Part shown: positions 1-9,439 of the stretch, piece by piece
Layout: every line of letters begins with the position of its first letter
Numbering within the stretch: position 1 is the stretch's first letter
Source: a virus
Reading direction: 5' to 3' (one strand)
DNA length: 64,000 nucleotides
IMG/VR virus record: IMGVR_UViG_3300045988_142974
Coordinates: 108,868-172,867 of that record
Translations under genes and position numbers: made by a program
The notes under the pieces: generated by a model
The model's input: the letters and a program-made list of their open reading frames with translations, nothing else
What the model was told of the DNA's origin: nothing
Databases searched by the model: none

Positions 1-810
1 GAAATTGGAAAGTCAGTTGCAATGACAGGTGATGGTGTAAATGATAGTCCTGCTTTAAAGAGAGCTGATGTTGGTTTTGGTATGCAAGGTGGATCAGATG
101 TTGCAAAAGAAGCTTCAGACATTGTATTGACAGATGATAATTTTGCAAGCGTAGTAAAGGCAGTAGAACTTGGAAGAACATTTATGCACAATATTATGAT
201 GTTCCTTGAATTCCAGTTACCTATCAATATTTCACTTCTAATTCTCAGCGTTATCTATCCAATGATTGCAACGGGCGCATTACTCGCATCGGTTCAGATT
301 CTGATTGTAAATATCATTATGGATTCCCTTAATTCACTATCATTCGGTGGCGAACCTCCAAAGGATGAATACATGACAGAGAAACCTATTAAAAAGGGTT
401 CTGGTTTATTCATCAGAGGAGCAAAGAAACGTATTGCAATAAGTACAGTAGCTTTTATTGCACTTTATGGAATTATTACATTCAGTCCTATTGCAAATAT
501 GTTTGCATCTGAAACAGAAGCTATGACAGCGAGATTCGCATTGTTATGCTTTATGGCAGTATTTAATGGATTTAATATTCGTACAGAACACATTAATTTA
601 TTCAATGGTATTGGGAAGAACAAACTGTTCTCAGCCATTGCAATCGGAATTTTTGTAATGACTTTTGCTCTTTGCAACTTTGCAGAAAATCTTATTAAGG
701 TTACAGCTTTAGATTTCAAACATTGGGTAGTAGTTGTAATTCTAGCGTTTATGGTTATTCCAATTGATCTTATTAGAAAGATTATTGAGAAGAAAAGAGA
801 GAATAAGTAA
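1..810 (+). CDS. P-type cation-transporting ATPase, C-terminal part (PMCA/SERCA-like Ca2+ pump); 5' end outside window
   Basis: Frame open from base 1: EIGKSVAMTGDGVNDSPALKRADVGFGM (GDGxND hinge motif), DIVLTDDNF, then several hydrophobic helices; stop 808-810. Confidence 0.9.
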   Translation, partial: EIGKSVAMTGDGVNDSPALKRADVGFGMQGGSDVAKEASDIVLTDDNFASVVKAVELGRTFMHNIMMFLEFQLPINISLLILSVIYPMIATGALLASVQILIVNIIMDSLNSLSFGGEPPKDEYMTEKPIKKGSGLFIRGAKKRIAISTVAFIALYGIITFSPIANMFASETEAMTARFALLCFMAVFNGFNIRTEHINLFNGIGKNKLFSAIAIGIFVMTFALCNFAENLIKVTALDFKHWVVVVILAFMVIPIDLIRKIIEKKRENK

Positions 811-826
811 TTGAGGAGATGAGAAC

Positions 827-1036
827 ATGGTAATGAGAGATAAAAGTTATAAAACAGTAGAGATTATTACTCTTATATGTTTTTCAATTAGTGTTATTAC
901 AGTATGTATTACACGCTTTATTCCATTTATTTTTCTGACATTACTCACATTCCCAATTTCTTTTAAATTATTAAAAGGGAAGGTTGACAGCCTTCCCAAG
1001 AATAAGGAGGACAAAAAAATATGTCAATTAGTTTAG
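827..1036 (+). CDS. small membrane protein, unknown function
   Basis: ATG 8 nt after GAGGAG; two hydrophobic helices; overlaps next start by 16 nt; no family recognised. Confidence 0.35.
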   Translation: MVMRDKSYKTVEIITLICFSISVITVCITRFIPFIFLTLLTFPISFKLLKGKVDSLPKNKEDKKICQLV

Positions 1037-1599
1037 TTAAAGGTCAGAAGATTGACCTTACAAAATGCAATGCAGGTTTAAACAAAGTCGTATTTGGTCT
1101 TGGATGGGACACAAATAGATACGATGGTAATGCAGATTTCGATTTGGATGTATCAGCATTTTTTACTGATGATTCAGGAAAGGTAACAGGCGAACAGGAT
1201 TTTGTATTTTATGGTCAGCCACAGCATCCAAGCGGAGCATTGATTTATTCTGGCGATAATAGAACAGGTGTAGGTGATGGCGATGACGAGACAATGATTG
1301 TTGAGTTAAATAAGATTCCATCTAATATTACAAAGATTAGCTTCTCAGCGACAATTTATGATGCAGAAAATCGTTTACAGAATTTTGGAATGGTTGATAA
1401 TTCGTACATTAGAGCATACAACGCTGATACAAATGAGGAACTTTTCAAATATGAACTTAATGAGGATTTCTCATTAGAGACAGGTGTTATTGCAGGTGAG
1501 TTGTATCGTAAGAACGGTGAATGGAAGTTTAATGCAGTTGGTTCAGGTTACAATGGTGGTTTAGCTGCTATTGGTAGAAATTTTGGTCTTGATTTATAA
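1021..1599 (+). CDS. TerD-family stress protein
   Basis: SLVKGQKIDL, GLGWD, DFDLD, GDNRTGVGDGDDE (TerD Ca-binding signature); AAGGAGG SD. Confidence 0.9.
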   Translation: MSISLVKGQKIDLTKCNAGLNKVVFGLGWDTNRYDGNADFDLDVSAFFTDDSGKVTGEQDFVFYGQPQHPSGALIYSGDNRTGVGDGDDETMIVELNKIPSNITKISFSATIYDAENRLQNFGMVDNSYIRAYNADTNEELFKYELNEDFSLETGVIAGELYRKNGEWKFNAVGSGYNGGLAAIGRNFGLDL

Positions 1600-1617
1600 A
1601 ATGGAAGGAGAATATAT

Positions 1618-2193
1618 ATGTCAGTAAATTTAGTAAAAGGACAGAAAATTAATTTATCTAAGGAAGTAGCAGGTGGTCTTACAAAGATTATGGTAGGACT
1701 TGGATGGGATGCTGTTAAGAAAGGATTCTTTGGTTCTAAGCCAAACATTGATTGCGATGCTTCGGCAATTATTTTAGGAAAAGATGATAAGTATCGTACA
1801 TGTGTTTATTATGGTGACAGATCAGCAGAAGACAGATGTGTGTATCATCATGGCGACAACCTCACAGGAGATGGAGACGGTGATGATGAGCAGATTACAG
1901 TTGACCTTGCGAATATTACAAATAAGGTTGAGAAGATTGTATTTGTAGTAAATATCTATGATTGTATTTCAAGAAAGCAGGATTTTGGACTTATCAAGAA
2001 TGCGTACATTAGACTTGTTGATGAGTCAACTGGTAAGGAAATTTGTAAATATAATCTTTCAGATGATTATGCTGGCAAGACAGCAATGGTATTTGCAGAG
2101 GTTTATAAGAAAGACGGAGAGTGGAAATTTAACGCCATCGGTCAGGGAACAAATGATTCAAGTGTTAGCGAATTAACAAGAAGATACAAGTAG
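1618..2193 (+). CDS. TerD-family stress protein
   Basis: NLVKGQKINL, GLGWD, DCDAS, GDNLTGDGDGDDE; SD GGAAGGAG. Confidence 0.9.
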   Translation: MSVNLVKGQKINLSKEVAGGLTKIMVGLGWDAVKKGFFGSKPNIDCDASAIILGKDDKYRTCVYYGDRSAEDRCVYHHGDNLTGDGDGDDEQITVDLANITNKVEKIVFVVNIYDCISRKQDFGLIKNAYIRLVDESTGKEICKYNLSDDYAGKTAMVFAEVYKKDGEWKFNAIGQGTNDSSVSELTRRYK

Positions 2194-2205
2194 GAGGATT
2201 TAATT

Positions 2206-2787
2206 ATGTCAGTTTCGTTAAGTAAAGGACAGAGAGTAGATTTAACAAAGGGTAGACCGTCATTAAAAAACATTCTTGTTGGACTTGGATGGGATATTAA
2301 TCATTATGACGGAGAAGCAGATTTTGATCTCGATGCCTCTGTGTTTATGACAAAAGAGAATGGTAAGGTTGGCAATGACGAGGATTTCATTTTCTATGGT
2401 AATCTTGAACATAGTTCAAAGAGTGTAAAGCATATGGGAGATAACCGTACAGGTGAGGGAGATGGAGATGATGAGGTTATTAAGATTAAACTTGATAAAA
2501 TCCCATCAGACTATGAGACTCTTGCTGTGACGGTCACAATTTATGATGCTGAGAGTAGACTTCAGAACTTCGGTATGGTTGGAAATGCATATGTGCGTGT
2601 AGTAGACGAAGAGACAGGCGAGGAACTTATTCGTTTTGATTTAAGTGAAGACTTCTCTACCGAGACTGCGTTAGTCGTAGCTGAAATATATAAACATAAT
2701 GGCGAATGGAAGTTTAAGGCTGTAGGAAGTGGCTATAACGGTGGATTAAAGGCATTATGTAATCAGTATGGAATTGATGCAGAGTAG
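2206..2787 (+). CDS. TerD-family stress protein
   Basis: SLSKGQRVDL, GLGWD, DFDLDAS, GDNRTGEGDGDDE; closest paralogue of 1021-1599. Confidence 0.9.
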   Translation: MSVSLSKGQRVDLTKGRPSLKNILVGLGWDINHYDGEADFDLDASVFMTKENGKVGNDEDFIFYGNLEHSSKSVKHMGDNRTGEGDGDDEVIKIKLDKIPSDYETLAVTVTIYDAESRLQNFGMVGNAYVRVVDEETGEELIRFDLSEDFSTETALVVAEIYKHNGEWKFKAVGSGYNGGLKALCNQYGIDAE

Positions 2788-2796
2788 GAGGATTGT

Positions 2797-3546
2797 ATGA
2801 CAAATTTTATGTTTATTATAATTGTGGTAATTGTATTAATTGCACTGATTCTTTTCTTTACTCCTTTTGGTAAACAGCTTAGAGTAAAGTTTAAAGGAAG
2901 AACAGATGAAGTAATGCGCCAGGATGCACAAACACCAGAAGGTGCTAGAGATTATTACAATGTAGCCATTAGAGAAAAGGAAGAATTTTATAACAAGGCT
3001 TCTGCTACATATGCAGAGATTTCAGGAAAGCGTGACACAGCAGAGAAAGATTTATACCAGGCGAACAAAGATATTATGCGTGTTACACAGCAGATTAACG
3101 CTTGTCTTGATGAGAACAAAGAAGATGAAGCAATGCAGTATGCAATGAAGAAGTCTACTTTGGAGAATAAGATTAATGTGCTAAAAGATACAATCGAAGA
3201 GATGAAAGAAGCACAGGCTCATCAGAAAGACATTCGTGATCAGGCAGCCGAAGAATTGCAGAAACTTAAAGAGGAAAAGGAACAGGTTCTTTTTCAGATG
3301 GAAGCTGATAGTCAGATTATCGAACTTCATCAGAGTATGGACAGTCTCAATACCAACAATGAGAGTGATAGAATGCTTGAAAGAGTTCGTGAAGGAGCAA
3401 GAAAGACAAGAGAACGTGCAGAAGGAAGTAGAATTGCATATGATTCTAGCGCACAGGCTAATGAGAGAAGACTTGCTAATTCTGAAAGAGAGCGCAATGC
3501 TCGTCAGATTCTTGATGATATGAAGAGACAGAGAGGTAATAAGTAA
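2797..3546 (+). CDS. membrane-anchored coiled-coil protein, PspA/IM30-like
   Basis: N-terminal TM helix then ~200 aa charged heptad-rich region whose layout resembles PspA; by-eye similarity only. Confidence 0.5.
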   Translation: MTNFMFIIIVVIVLIALILFFTPFGKQLRVKFKGRTDEVMRQDAQTPEGARDYYNVAIREKEEFYNKASATYAEISGKRDTAEKDLYQANKDIMRVTQQINACLDENKEDEAMQYAMKKSTLENKINVLKDTIEEMKEAQAHQKDIRDQAAEELQKLKEEKEQVLFQMEADSQIIELHQSMDSLNTNNESDRMLERVREGARKTRERAEGSRIAYDSSAQANERRLANSERERNARQILDDMKRQRGNK

Positions 3547-3638
3547 TGATTGTATTAAACATTGGAGTTTTCTTAATCTGTCTTGGTGTATGCTTTGGAG
3601 CAGGTTTTATCGTGGGAAAACGTAAGAAGAATAAATAA
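3546..3638 (+). CDS. 30-aa hydrophobic peptide (candidate)
   Basis: ATG overlaps upstream stop (TAATG); MIVLNIGVFLICLGVCFGAGFIVGKRKKNK = one TM helix plus basic tail; below ORF-track cutoff. Confidence 0.3.
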   Translation: MIVLNIGVFLICLGVCFGAGFIVGKRKKNK

Positions 3639-3774
3639 TTTAAGGGTTGGTAGGTGTTACAGCCTACTAGCTCTATCAAAGGGTAATAAAATAGACCTTT
3701 TAATTTATAAAACGGAGAATATAACATTAGAAACAATTAACAAAAATCAATATAAGAAAGAAGAGGTACAAAAT

Positions 3775-5838
3775 ATGGACGGATTTATGATGTTTAAAAA
3801 GGCTTTGCAGAAGCACTTCGATGAAATGCAGAAAGAGGCTACACATTTATTTGAGGTAAATGTAGATAAGGATGAATTATGGAATACATATCTTGATAGC
3901 TTTCCTGCCGGTACAAATGAGATTTTCAGAGAGCGTAGAGAACATGATTGCAGTTGTTGTAGACAGTTTATCAAGAATATTGGTTCTGCTGTCACCATTA
4001 AGGATAATCAGATTCACACAATCTGGGAACTGAATCTTGGTGATACAACATATCAGCCAGTATGCGATGCACTTGACGCTTTTGTAAAGGCTCATATAGT
4101 TACAGATATTTATACAACTAAGTTCCCTAAGATTGGTACAGATTTTAATTTTGAGGAAATCAATGGAAAGTCTCATAAGTGGGATCATTTCTTCTTAGAG
4201 CTTCCAAGTAAGTTTGTAAATAGAAGTAGCCGTTCCAACGAGGAAGTTAAAGGACAGTTCAGAGATACAAGAAATGTATTTAAGCGTTCTCTTGATGAGA
4301 TTACTATGGATGCACTCGATACAATTCTTGAACTTATCAACTCAAATACACTTTACAAGGGTGAAGAATGGAAGGGAGTACTCACAGAATTTAAGAAGTA
4401 TAAGAAGGAATACGATAAGCTGGCTTCTGATACTGAAAAGGATTTATATGCTTGGGAGAAGTCGGTAACGGCAGGTATGGCTATCGGTAGAATTAGAAAT
4501 CATTCTATTGGAACACTTCTTATCAATGTAAGTGAGGATATGGATCTTGACACAGCAGTTAAGAAGTATGAGCAGATTGTCGCTCCAAGTAATTATAAAA
4601 GACCAAAGGCTATTTTTACAAAGAAAATGCTTGAGGATGCAAAGAAGACCATTACAGAACTCGGTTATATGGATTCATTACAGAGAAGATTTGCTAATCT
4701 GAATGATATTACTGTAAATAATGTACTGTTCTCAAATAAGAGTGCTGCAAGAAGAATGGTAGGTGCAGATGATATTTTTGGTCAGATGGAAAAGGATGTT
4801 GCTGTAAGTCCTAAGAAGTTTTCTAAGGTTGAAGAGATTTCAGCACAGGATTTCATTGATAAGGTACTTCCAACTGCAAAGGAGATTGAAGCTTTTGTAG
4901 AGAATAAACATGAGAAGAACTTTGTTTCTATGATTGCACCTGTAAATCCAGATGCTAAGACAATGTTTAAATGGAACAATGGATTATCTTGGGCTTATTC
5001 AGGAAACATCACCGACTCTGATATGAAGCAGAATGTAAAAGCTGCTGGCGGTAATGTTGACGGTGTTCTTAGATTTTCAATCATGTGGAATGAAGGACAG
5101 AATGATAACAGCGATCTTGATGCGCATTGTAAAGAACCTGATGGTAACGAGATTTATTTCAGTAATTGTAGAAAACCAGAAACTTCAAGATGTGGAGGTC
5201 AGTTAGATATTGATATTACACGCCCTATGACGCAGATGGCAGGAAAACCTTCTGTGGAAAATATTACATGGGCAGATATGTCACGTATGAAGCCAGGTGT
5301 TTATAAGTTTTTTGTTAATCAGTTTGCAGCGAGAGGAAGTAAAGGATTTAAGGCAGAAATTGAATTCAATGGTGAGATTTTTGCGTTTGAATACAATAGT
5401 CCTGTTTCTGGTAATGTTCAGGTGGCAGAAGTTACACTTGACGAGAATGGCAACTTCTCAATTAAGGAAAAGCTGTCTGGAAGTTCATCTATTTCAAGTC
5501 GTGAAATTTGGGGTGTAAATACAAATCAGTTTGTTCCTGTATCAGTAATTAGTTACAGTCCAAACTATTTTGACGAGCAGGATGGAATTGGTCATAGACA
5601 TTTATTTTTCTTCCTGAAGGATTGTGTAAATAGCGAAGAGCCTAATGGATTCTATCTTGAGTTCCTTGATAATGATTTAATGAAGCATAAGAGAGTGTTC
5701 GAGGCTTTAGGTGCTAAGTGTCATGTAGAAGATACTGATGATCAGCTTTCAGGAATTGGTTTTTCGATGACAAAGAGAGCAGATTTAGTTGTTAAGGTTA
5801 AGGGCGCAATAGAGCGTGTAATGAAGATTAAGTTTTAA
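3775..5838 (+). CDS. 687-aa protein of unknown function; possible divergent TerD-like C-terminal domain
   Basis: Track ORF 3583-5838 trimmed to ATG 3775 (AAGAGG 8 nt upstream). HDCSCCRQF Cys cluster near N-terminus. C-terminal LRFSIMWN..DLDAHC..GGQLDIDI parallels TerD motif order. Confidence 0.7.
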   Translation: MDGFMMFKKALQKHFDEMQKEATHLFEVNVDKDELWNTYLDSFPAGTNEIFRERREHDCSCCRQFIKNIGSAVTIKDNQIHTIWELNLGDTTYQPVCDALDAFVKAHIVTDIYTTKFPKIGTDFNFEEINGKSHKWDHFFLELPSKFVNRSSRSNEEVKGQFRDTRNVFKRSLDEITMDALDTILELINSNTLYKGEEWKGVLTEFKKYKKEYDKLASDTEKDLYAWEKSVTAGMAIGRIRNHSIGTLLINVSEDMDLDTAVKKYEQIVAPSNYKRPKAIFTKKMLEDAKKTITELGYMDSLQRRFANLNDITVNNVLFSNKSAARRMVGADDIFGQMEKDVAVSPKKFSKVEEISAQDFIDKVLPTAKEIEAFVENKHEKNFVSMIAPVNPDAKTMFKWNNGLSWAYSGNITDSDMKQNVKAAGGNVDGVLRFSIMWNEGQNDNSDLDAHCKEPDGNEIYFSNCRKPETSRCGGQLDIDITRPMTQMAGKPSVENITWADMSRMKPGVYKFFVNQFAARGSKGFKAEIEFNGEIFAFEYNSPVSGNVQVAEVTLDENGNFSIKEKLSGSSSISSREIWGVNTNQFVPVSVISYSPNYFDEQDGIGHRHLFFFLKDCVNSEEPNGFYLEFLDNDLMKHKRVFEALGAKCHVEDTDDQLSGIGFSMTKRADLVVKVKGAIERVMKIKF

Positions 5839-5859
5839 TTAGAAAAGGAGATTATTATT

Positions 5860-6249
5860 ATGACAAACAACGAATTATTTATCAATGCAACAAGAGCAAA
5901 CTATCAGTTCCCATTCAGAGGAATGATTAACGTAATTGATTTGTGGGATTTATCTCTCACAAATCTGGACTCAGTGTTTAAGACACTCAATGCAGAAGTA
6001 AAGAAGTCTGAGGAAGAAAGTCTTCTAAATACCAAGTCAAAGGAAGATGAGGAGATTTCTAACAAGATTGAAATTGTTAAGTATATTGTTGACGTGAAGC
6101 TGGATGAGAAGAAGAAGAGAGAAGACGCTAAGAAAAATGCTGAGATGAGACAGAGATTGCTTGAAATCAAAGCTAAGAGACAGGATGCAGCACTTGAGAA
6201 TATGTCTGATGAGGATCTGGATAAGGCACTTGCAGAATTAAGTGAGTAA
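5860..6249 (+). CDS. acidic/lysine-rich coiled-coil protein, unknown function
   Basis: SD AAGGAG 8 nt upstream; 129 aa; no motif recognised. Confidence 0.6.
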   Translation: MTNNELFINATRANYQFPFRGMINVIDLWDLSLTNLDSVFKTLNAEVKKSEEESLLNTKSKEDEEISNKIEIVKYIVDVKLDEKKKREDAKKNAEMRQRLLEIKAKRQDAALENMSDEDLDKALAELSE

Positions 6250-6258
6250 TTGTTATAA

Positions 6259-6310
6259 ATATACCATATATAGTATTAAAAATAAACGATATATACTATA
6301 TATGGTATAT
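6259..6310. repeat. 18-bp perfect inverted repeat (hairpin, 16-nt loop); candidate terminator / module boundary
   Basis: ATATACCATATATAGTAT (6259-6276) is the exact reverse complement of ATACTATATATGGTATAT (6293-6310); followed by ATTTT. Confidence 0.8.
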
Positions 6311-6423
6311 ATTTTACATTAGAATGAATCGCACATTTCTTTATGAAATAGATAATTTAATACATATATTAGAAAAATTCAAAAAAGAATGTCCTGAGCA
6401 TATTGGAGAATGGAGATAACATT

Positions 6424-6972
6424 ATGACGAATAAAGAGCAAAATAATTTAAGCAAATACATAGCATTAATTCTTAGACACAGACCTGATGTTATTGGTAT
6501 CGCATTAGATGAACATGGTTGGGCTAACGTGTCAGATCTATTAAAAGGAATCAATAAAACTCAGACGATTACAATGAAAATGCTTGAAAAAATTGTAGAA
6601 GAAGATTCTAAACAGAGATATTCATTTAATCGAGAGAAGACGCTTATAAGAGCAAATCAAGGTCATTCTATAAAAGTTGATGTAGAATTGAAAGAGTGTA
6701 TGCCACCAGATATTTTATATCATGGAACGGGTGTCAAATATTGCTCTTCAATCAATAAACAAGGGTTAATATCCAAGAGTCGTTTATATGTCCATCTATC
6801 AAAAGATATTGAAACAGCAACAAATGTTGGCAGTAGACATGGAGAACCGTTTATTTATAAGGTTCGAGCAAAAGATATGTATAATGATGGATATAAATTC
6901 TTTTTATCTCAAAATGGGGTATGGCTTACAAAAGAAGTACCAATCTGTTATTTAGATGCGTTCTCGAAATAA
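6424..6972 (+). CDS. kptA: RNA 2'-phosphotransferase, Tpt1/KptA family
   Basis: [32 protein letters not shown] and ANQGHS, LYHGT motifs typical of KptA; start moved to ATG 6424 after GGAGA. Confidence 0.85.
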   Translation: MTNKEQNNLSKYIALILRHRPDVIGIALDEHGWANVSDLLKGINKTQTITMKMLEKIVEEDSKQRYSFNREKTLIRANQGHSIKVDVELKECMPPDILYHGTGVKYCSSINKQGLISKSRLYVHLSKDIETATNVGSRHGEPFIYKVRAKDMYNDGYKFFLSQNGVWLTKEVPICYLDAFSK

Positions 6973-7043
6973 GGACAACAAGGACATTCCAAACTTCAAG
7001 GAACGAGTTGAAACAGATATATAAAATTTTGGAGGTTAAGACA

Positions 7044-8072
7044 ATGACAATTGAACAGATTAAGGACAAATTAAAATCAAAAGAGTATGACTTCCTGAGA
7101 ACAGATAAGAATTTGGGTAACAATATCATTATCTTAACTCTTGGTGGAAGTTATGCATATGGAACAAATAATGAGGGTAGCGATTTAGATATTCGTGGTT
7201 GTGCTTTGAATAGCAAGATGCAGATTCTTACAAATGAGAATTTTGAGCAGTTTGTAAACAATGAGACAGACACAACCATTTATGCCTTTAATAAGTTAGT
7301 AGCTTTGTTAAGTAATACAAACCCTAACACAATAGAAATGCTTGGAAATAAGCCAGAACACTATTTCTATGTATCTCCTATTGGTCAGGAACTTATTGAC
7401 AATGCGCATTTATTTTTATCAAAGAGAGCTTGTCATTCGTTTGGCGGTTATGCTAATCAGCAATTATACAGATTAAATCAGAAAGCTGCACATCAGATGT
7501 CGCAGTCTGAATTAGAGAAACATATTCTAAAGACTCTTGAATTTATGCAGACTGACTTCACAAAGAAATATACACCATATGAAGATGATTCTATGAAATT
7601 ATATATTGATAAAGCTGTGCAGGAAGGCTACGATACAGAAATCTTTATGGATATAAATCTTCATCATTACCCATTAAGAGATTATTGTTCTATGTGGAAT
7701 GAGCTTCAGAATACAGTTCGTCAATATGGAAAAATTGGTAAGAGAAATGAAAAAGCAATTGAACATGGTAAAATTGCTAAACATTCAATGCATCTTATTC
7801 GACTGTATATGATGTGCTTAGATATTCTTGAAAAAGAAAGAATAATTACATACAGAGAAGATGAGCATAATTTACTAATGGATATTCGCAATGGCAAGTA
7901 TTTGGATAGCAACGATCAGCCAATCCCAGAATTCTTTGAAATGGTAAATGATTATGAAAAGAGATTAGATTATGCGAAGAAAAACACAAGTCTTCCTGAT
8001 AATCCTAATTATAAGGCTATCAATGAATTTGTTGCTAGTGTAAATGAAAGGGTGGTAAAAGGTGAAATCTAA
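7044..8072 (+). CDS. Pol-beta-fold nucleotidyltransferase (resembles the RlaP / PF10127 RNA-repair-associated type as I recall it)
   Basis: ILTLGGSYAYGTNNEGSDLDIRG = GS-x-YG...SDxD NTase signature; start at ATG 7044 after GGAGG (track ORF 6921 overlaps kptA). Confidence 0.7.
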   Translation: MTIEQIKDKLKSKEYDFLRTDKNLGNNIIILTLGGSYAYGTNNEGSDLDIRGCALNSKMQILTNENFEQFVNNETDTTIYAFNKLVALLSNTNPNTIEMLGNKPEHYFYVSPIGQELIDNAHLFLSKRACHSFGGYANQQLYRLNQKAAHQMSQSELEKHILKTLEFMQTDFTKKYTPYEDDSMKLYIDKAVQEGYDTEIFMDINLHHYPLRDYCSMWNELQNTVRQYGKIGKRNEKAIEHGKIAKHSMHLIRLYMMCLDILEKERIITYREDEHNLLMDIRNGKYLDSNDQPIPEFFEMVNDYEKRLDYAKKNTSLPDNPNYKAINEFVASVNERVVKGEI

Positions 8073-9429
8073 TTTGAAGATTGAAATTCCATCTGGTGCA
8101 AATGAAATTATCCATAGTCTACAAAATAATGGATATGAAGCTTTCTTAGTCGGAGGATGTGTAAGAGATAGTATTCTTGGCAGACCAATTCACGATTATG
8201 ACATTACAACTTCTGCCACGCCAGATGAGATGATGGAAGTATTCAAGGACAAGAGAATTATTGAAACTGGATTACAGCATGGAACTATCACAATTTTAAT
8301 TGACGGTGAAGGATATGAATGTACCACTTACAGAATTGACGGTAATTACTCAGATAGTCGTAGACCTGATAGCGTAACATTTACACGAAATCTTAAAGAA
8401 GATTTAAAGCGTAGAGATTTTACAATTAATGCAATGGCTTACAATGATGAAGTTGGTCTTATAGATCCGTTTAATGGTATGGAAGATATTAAATACCACA
8501 AGATTAGATGTGTTGGCAGAGCAGAAGACAGATTTTCAGAAGATGCATTAAGAATTTTACGTGCCATTCGGTTTGCCTCACAGTTGGGATTTGTCCTTGA
8601 ACCTGATACAGATTGGCATATTTCTAAAATGTATAAGAATTTGGAGAATATATCTATTGAAAGGATCAATAGTGAATTTTGTAAAATTGCTGCATCGAGT
8701 GATTTCTGTGTACAAATGGTCTTATATCACGAAGTATTCTCGTTGTTCATTCCTGAAATTAAAGATATGTTTGGTTTTCAACAGAATAATCCATATCACA
8801 TGTATGATGTATGGAATCATACCGTACATGCAATAGAATATTGTGAATCCGATGATTTAGTAACAAGATTGGCAGTATTCTTTCACGATTTTGGTAAGCC
8901 ACACTGTTATCAAGATGGAGAAGATGGTATCAGACACTTTAAAGGTCATGGAAGAGTAAGTGCTGATATGACCAATGAGATTATGAAACGTCTTAGATTT
9001 GACAATGATACAAGAGAAAAGGTCATTGAATTAGTCTATTATCATGATGCTACTTTTGAGGTGGGAAAGAAATATGTCAAGAGATGGCTTAATAAAATTG
9101 GAGAAGAACAGTTCAGAAGGTTATTAAATGTTCGTAGAGCTGATATTAAAGCACAAGCAGACATGGCTCAGGAAACAAGATTACAGAAAATTGATAACAT
9201 CGAATATATTTTAGAAGAAGTCTTACAGGATGATGAATGTTTTTCTCTAAAGGATTTAGCAGTTAATGGAAAAGATGTAATGGATACAATGCTCATTAAA
9301 AGTGGAAAAGAAGTTGGCTACTGGCTCAATGAAATCTTAACTCGTGTAATAGATGGGAGATTAAAAAATGATAAAGAGGATCTTATTTATTGGATGACTG
9401 GTATTACAGATGGTTGGATAGAATATTAA
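8062..9429 (+). CDS. cca: CCA-adding tRNA nucleotidyltransferase with HD domain
   Basis: GGCVRDSILGRPIHDYDITT, RRDFTINAMA head-domain motifs; FHDFGKP HD motif; GTG start overlaps upstream stop by 11 nt. Confidence 0.85.
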   Translation: MKSNLKIEIPSGANEIIHSLQNNGYEAFLVGGCVRDSILGRPIHDYDITTSATPDEMMEVFKDKRIIETGLQHGTITILIDGEGYECTTYRIDGNYSDSRRPDSVTFTRNLKEDLKRRDFTINAMAYNDEVGLIDPFNGMEDIKYHKIRCVGRAEDRFSEDALRILRAIRFASQLGFVLEPDTDWHISKMYKNLENISIERINSEFCKIAASSDFCVQMVLYHEVFSLFIPEIKDMFGFQQNNPYHMYDVWNHTVHAIEYCESDDLVTRLAVFFHDFGKPHCYQDGEDGIRHFKGHGRVSADMTNEIMKRLRFDNDTREKVIELVYYHDATFEVGKKYVKRWLNKIGEEQFRRLLNVRRADIKAQADMAQETRLQKIDNIEYILEEVLQDDECFSLKDLAVNGKDVMDTMLIKSGKEVGYWLNEILTRVIDGRLKNDKEDLIYWMTGITDGWIEY

Positions 9430-9439
9430 CGGAGGTAAT

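Noticed and set aside
984-989. Consensus -35 hexamers TTGACA at 984-989 and 11429-11434 as sigma-A promoters
   Set aside because: No acceptable -10 hexamer lies 16-18 nt downstream in either case. The second one coincides with the only possible start codon of the C5-MTase.
1021-2787. The three TerD genes as a recent tandem duplication or repeat array
   Set aside because: The protein motifs are shared, but the nucleotide sequences have diverged throughout. These are old paralogues, as is typical of Ter loci.
3583-3774. N-terminal 64-codon extension of the 751-aa track ORF
   Set aside because: It starts at a GTG inside the small-peptide ORF, has no SD, and crosses a hairpin and a GAGAATA box. 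ATG 3775 has a proper AAGAGG SD.
6305-6330. Similarity between 6305-6330 (tatatTTTACATTAGAATGAATC) and the right end 63971-64000 (atatTACATTccatgatAGAATGtAATC) as attL/attR cores
   Set aside because: Only short (6-7 nt) A/T-rich matches interrupted by an indel, which are expected by chance in this composition. The window also ends before the right site can be judged.
6403-7043. Track starts 6403 (kptA) and 6921 (NTase)
   Set aside because: ATG 6424 and ATG 7044 each follow a GGAG(G) SD at normal spacing. The 6921 start would overlap kptA by 52 nt and add 41 non-conserved residues.
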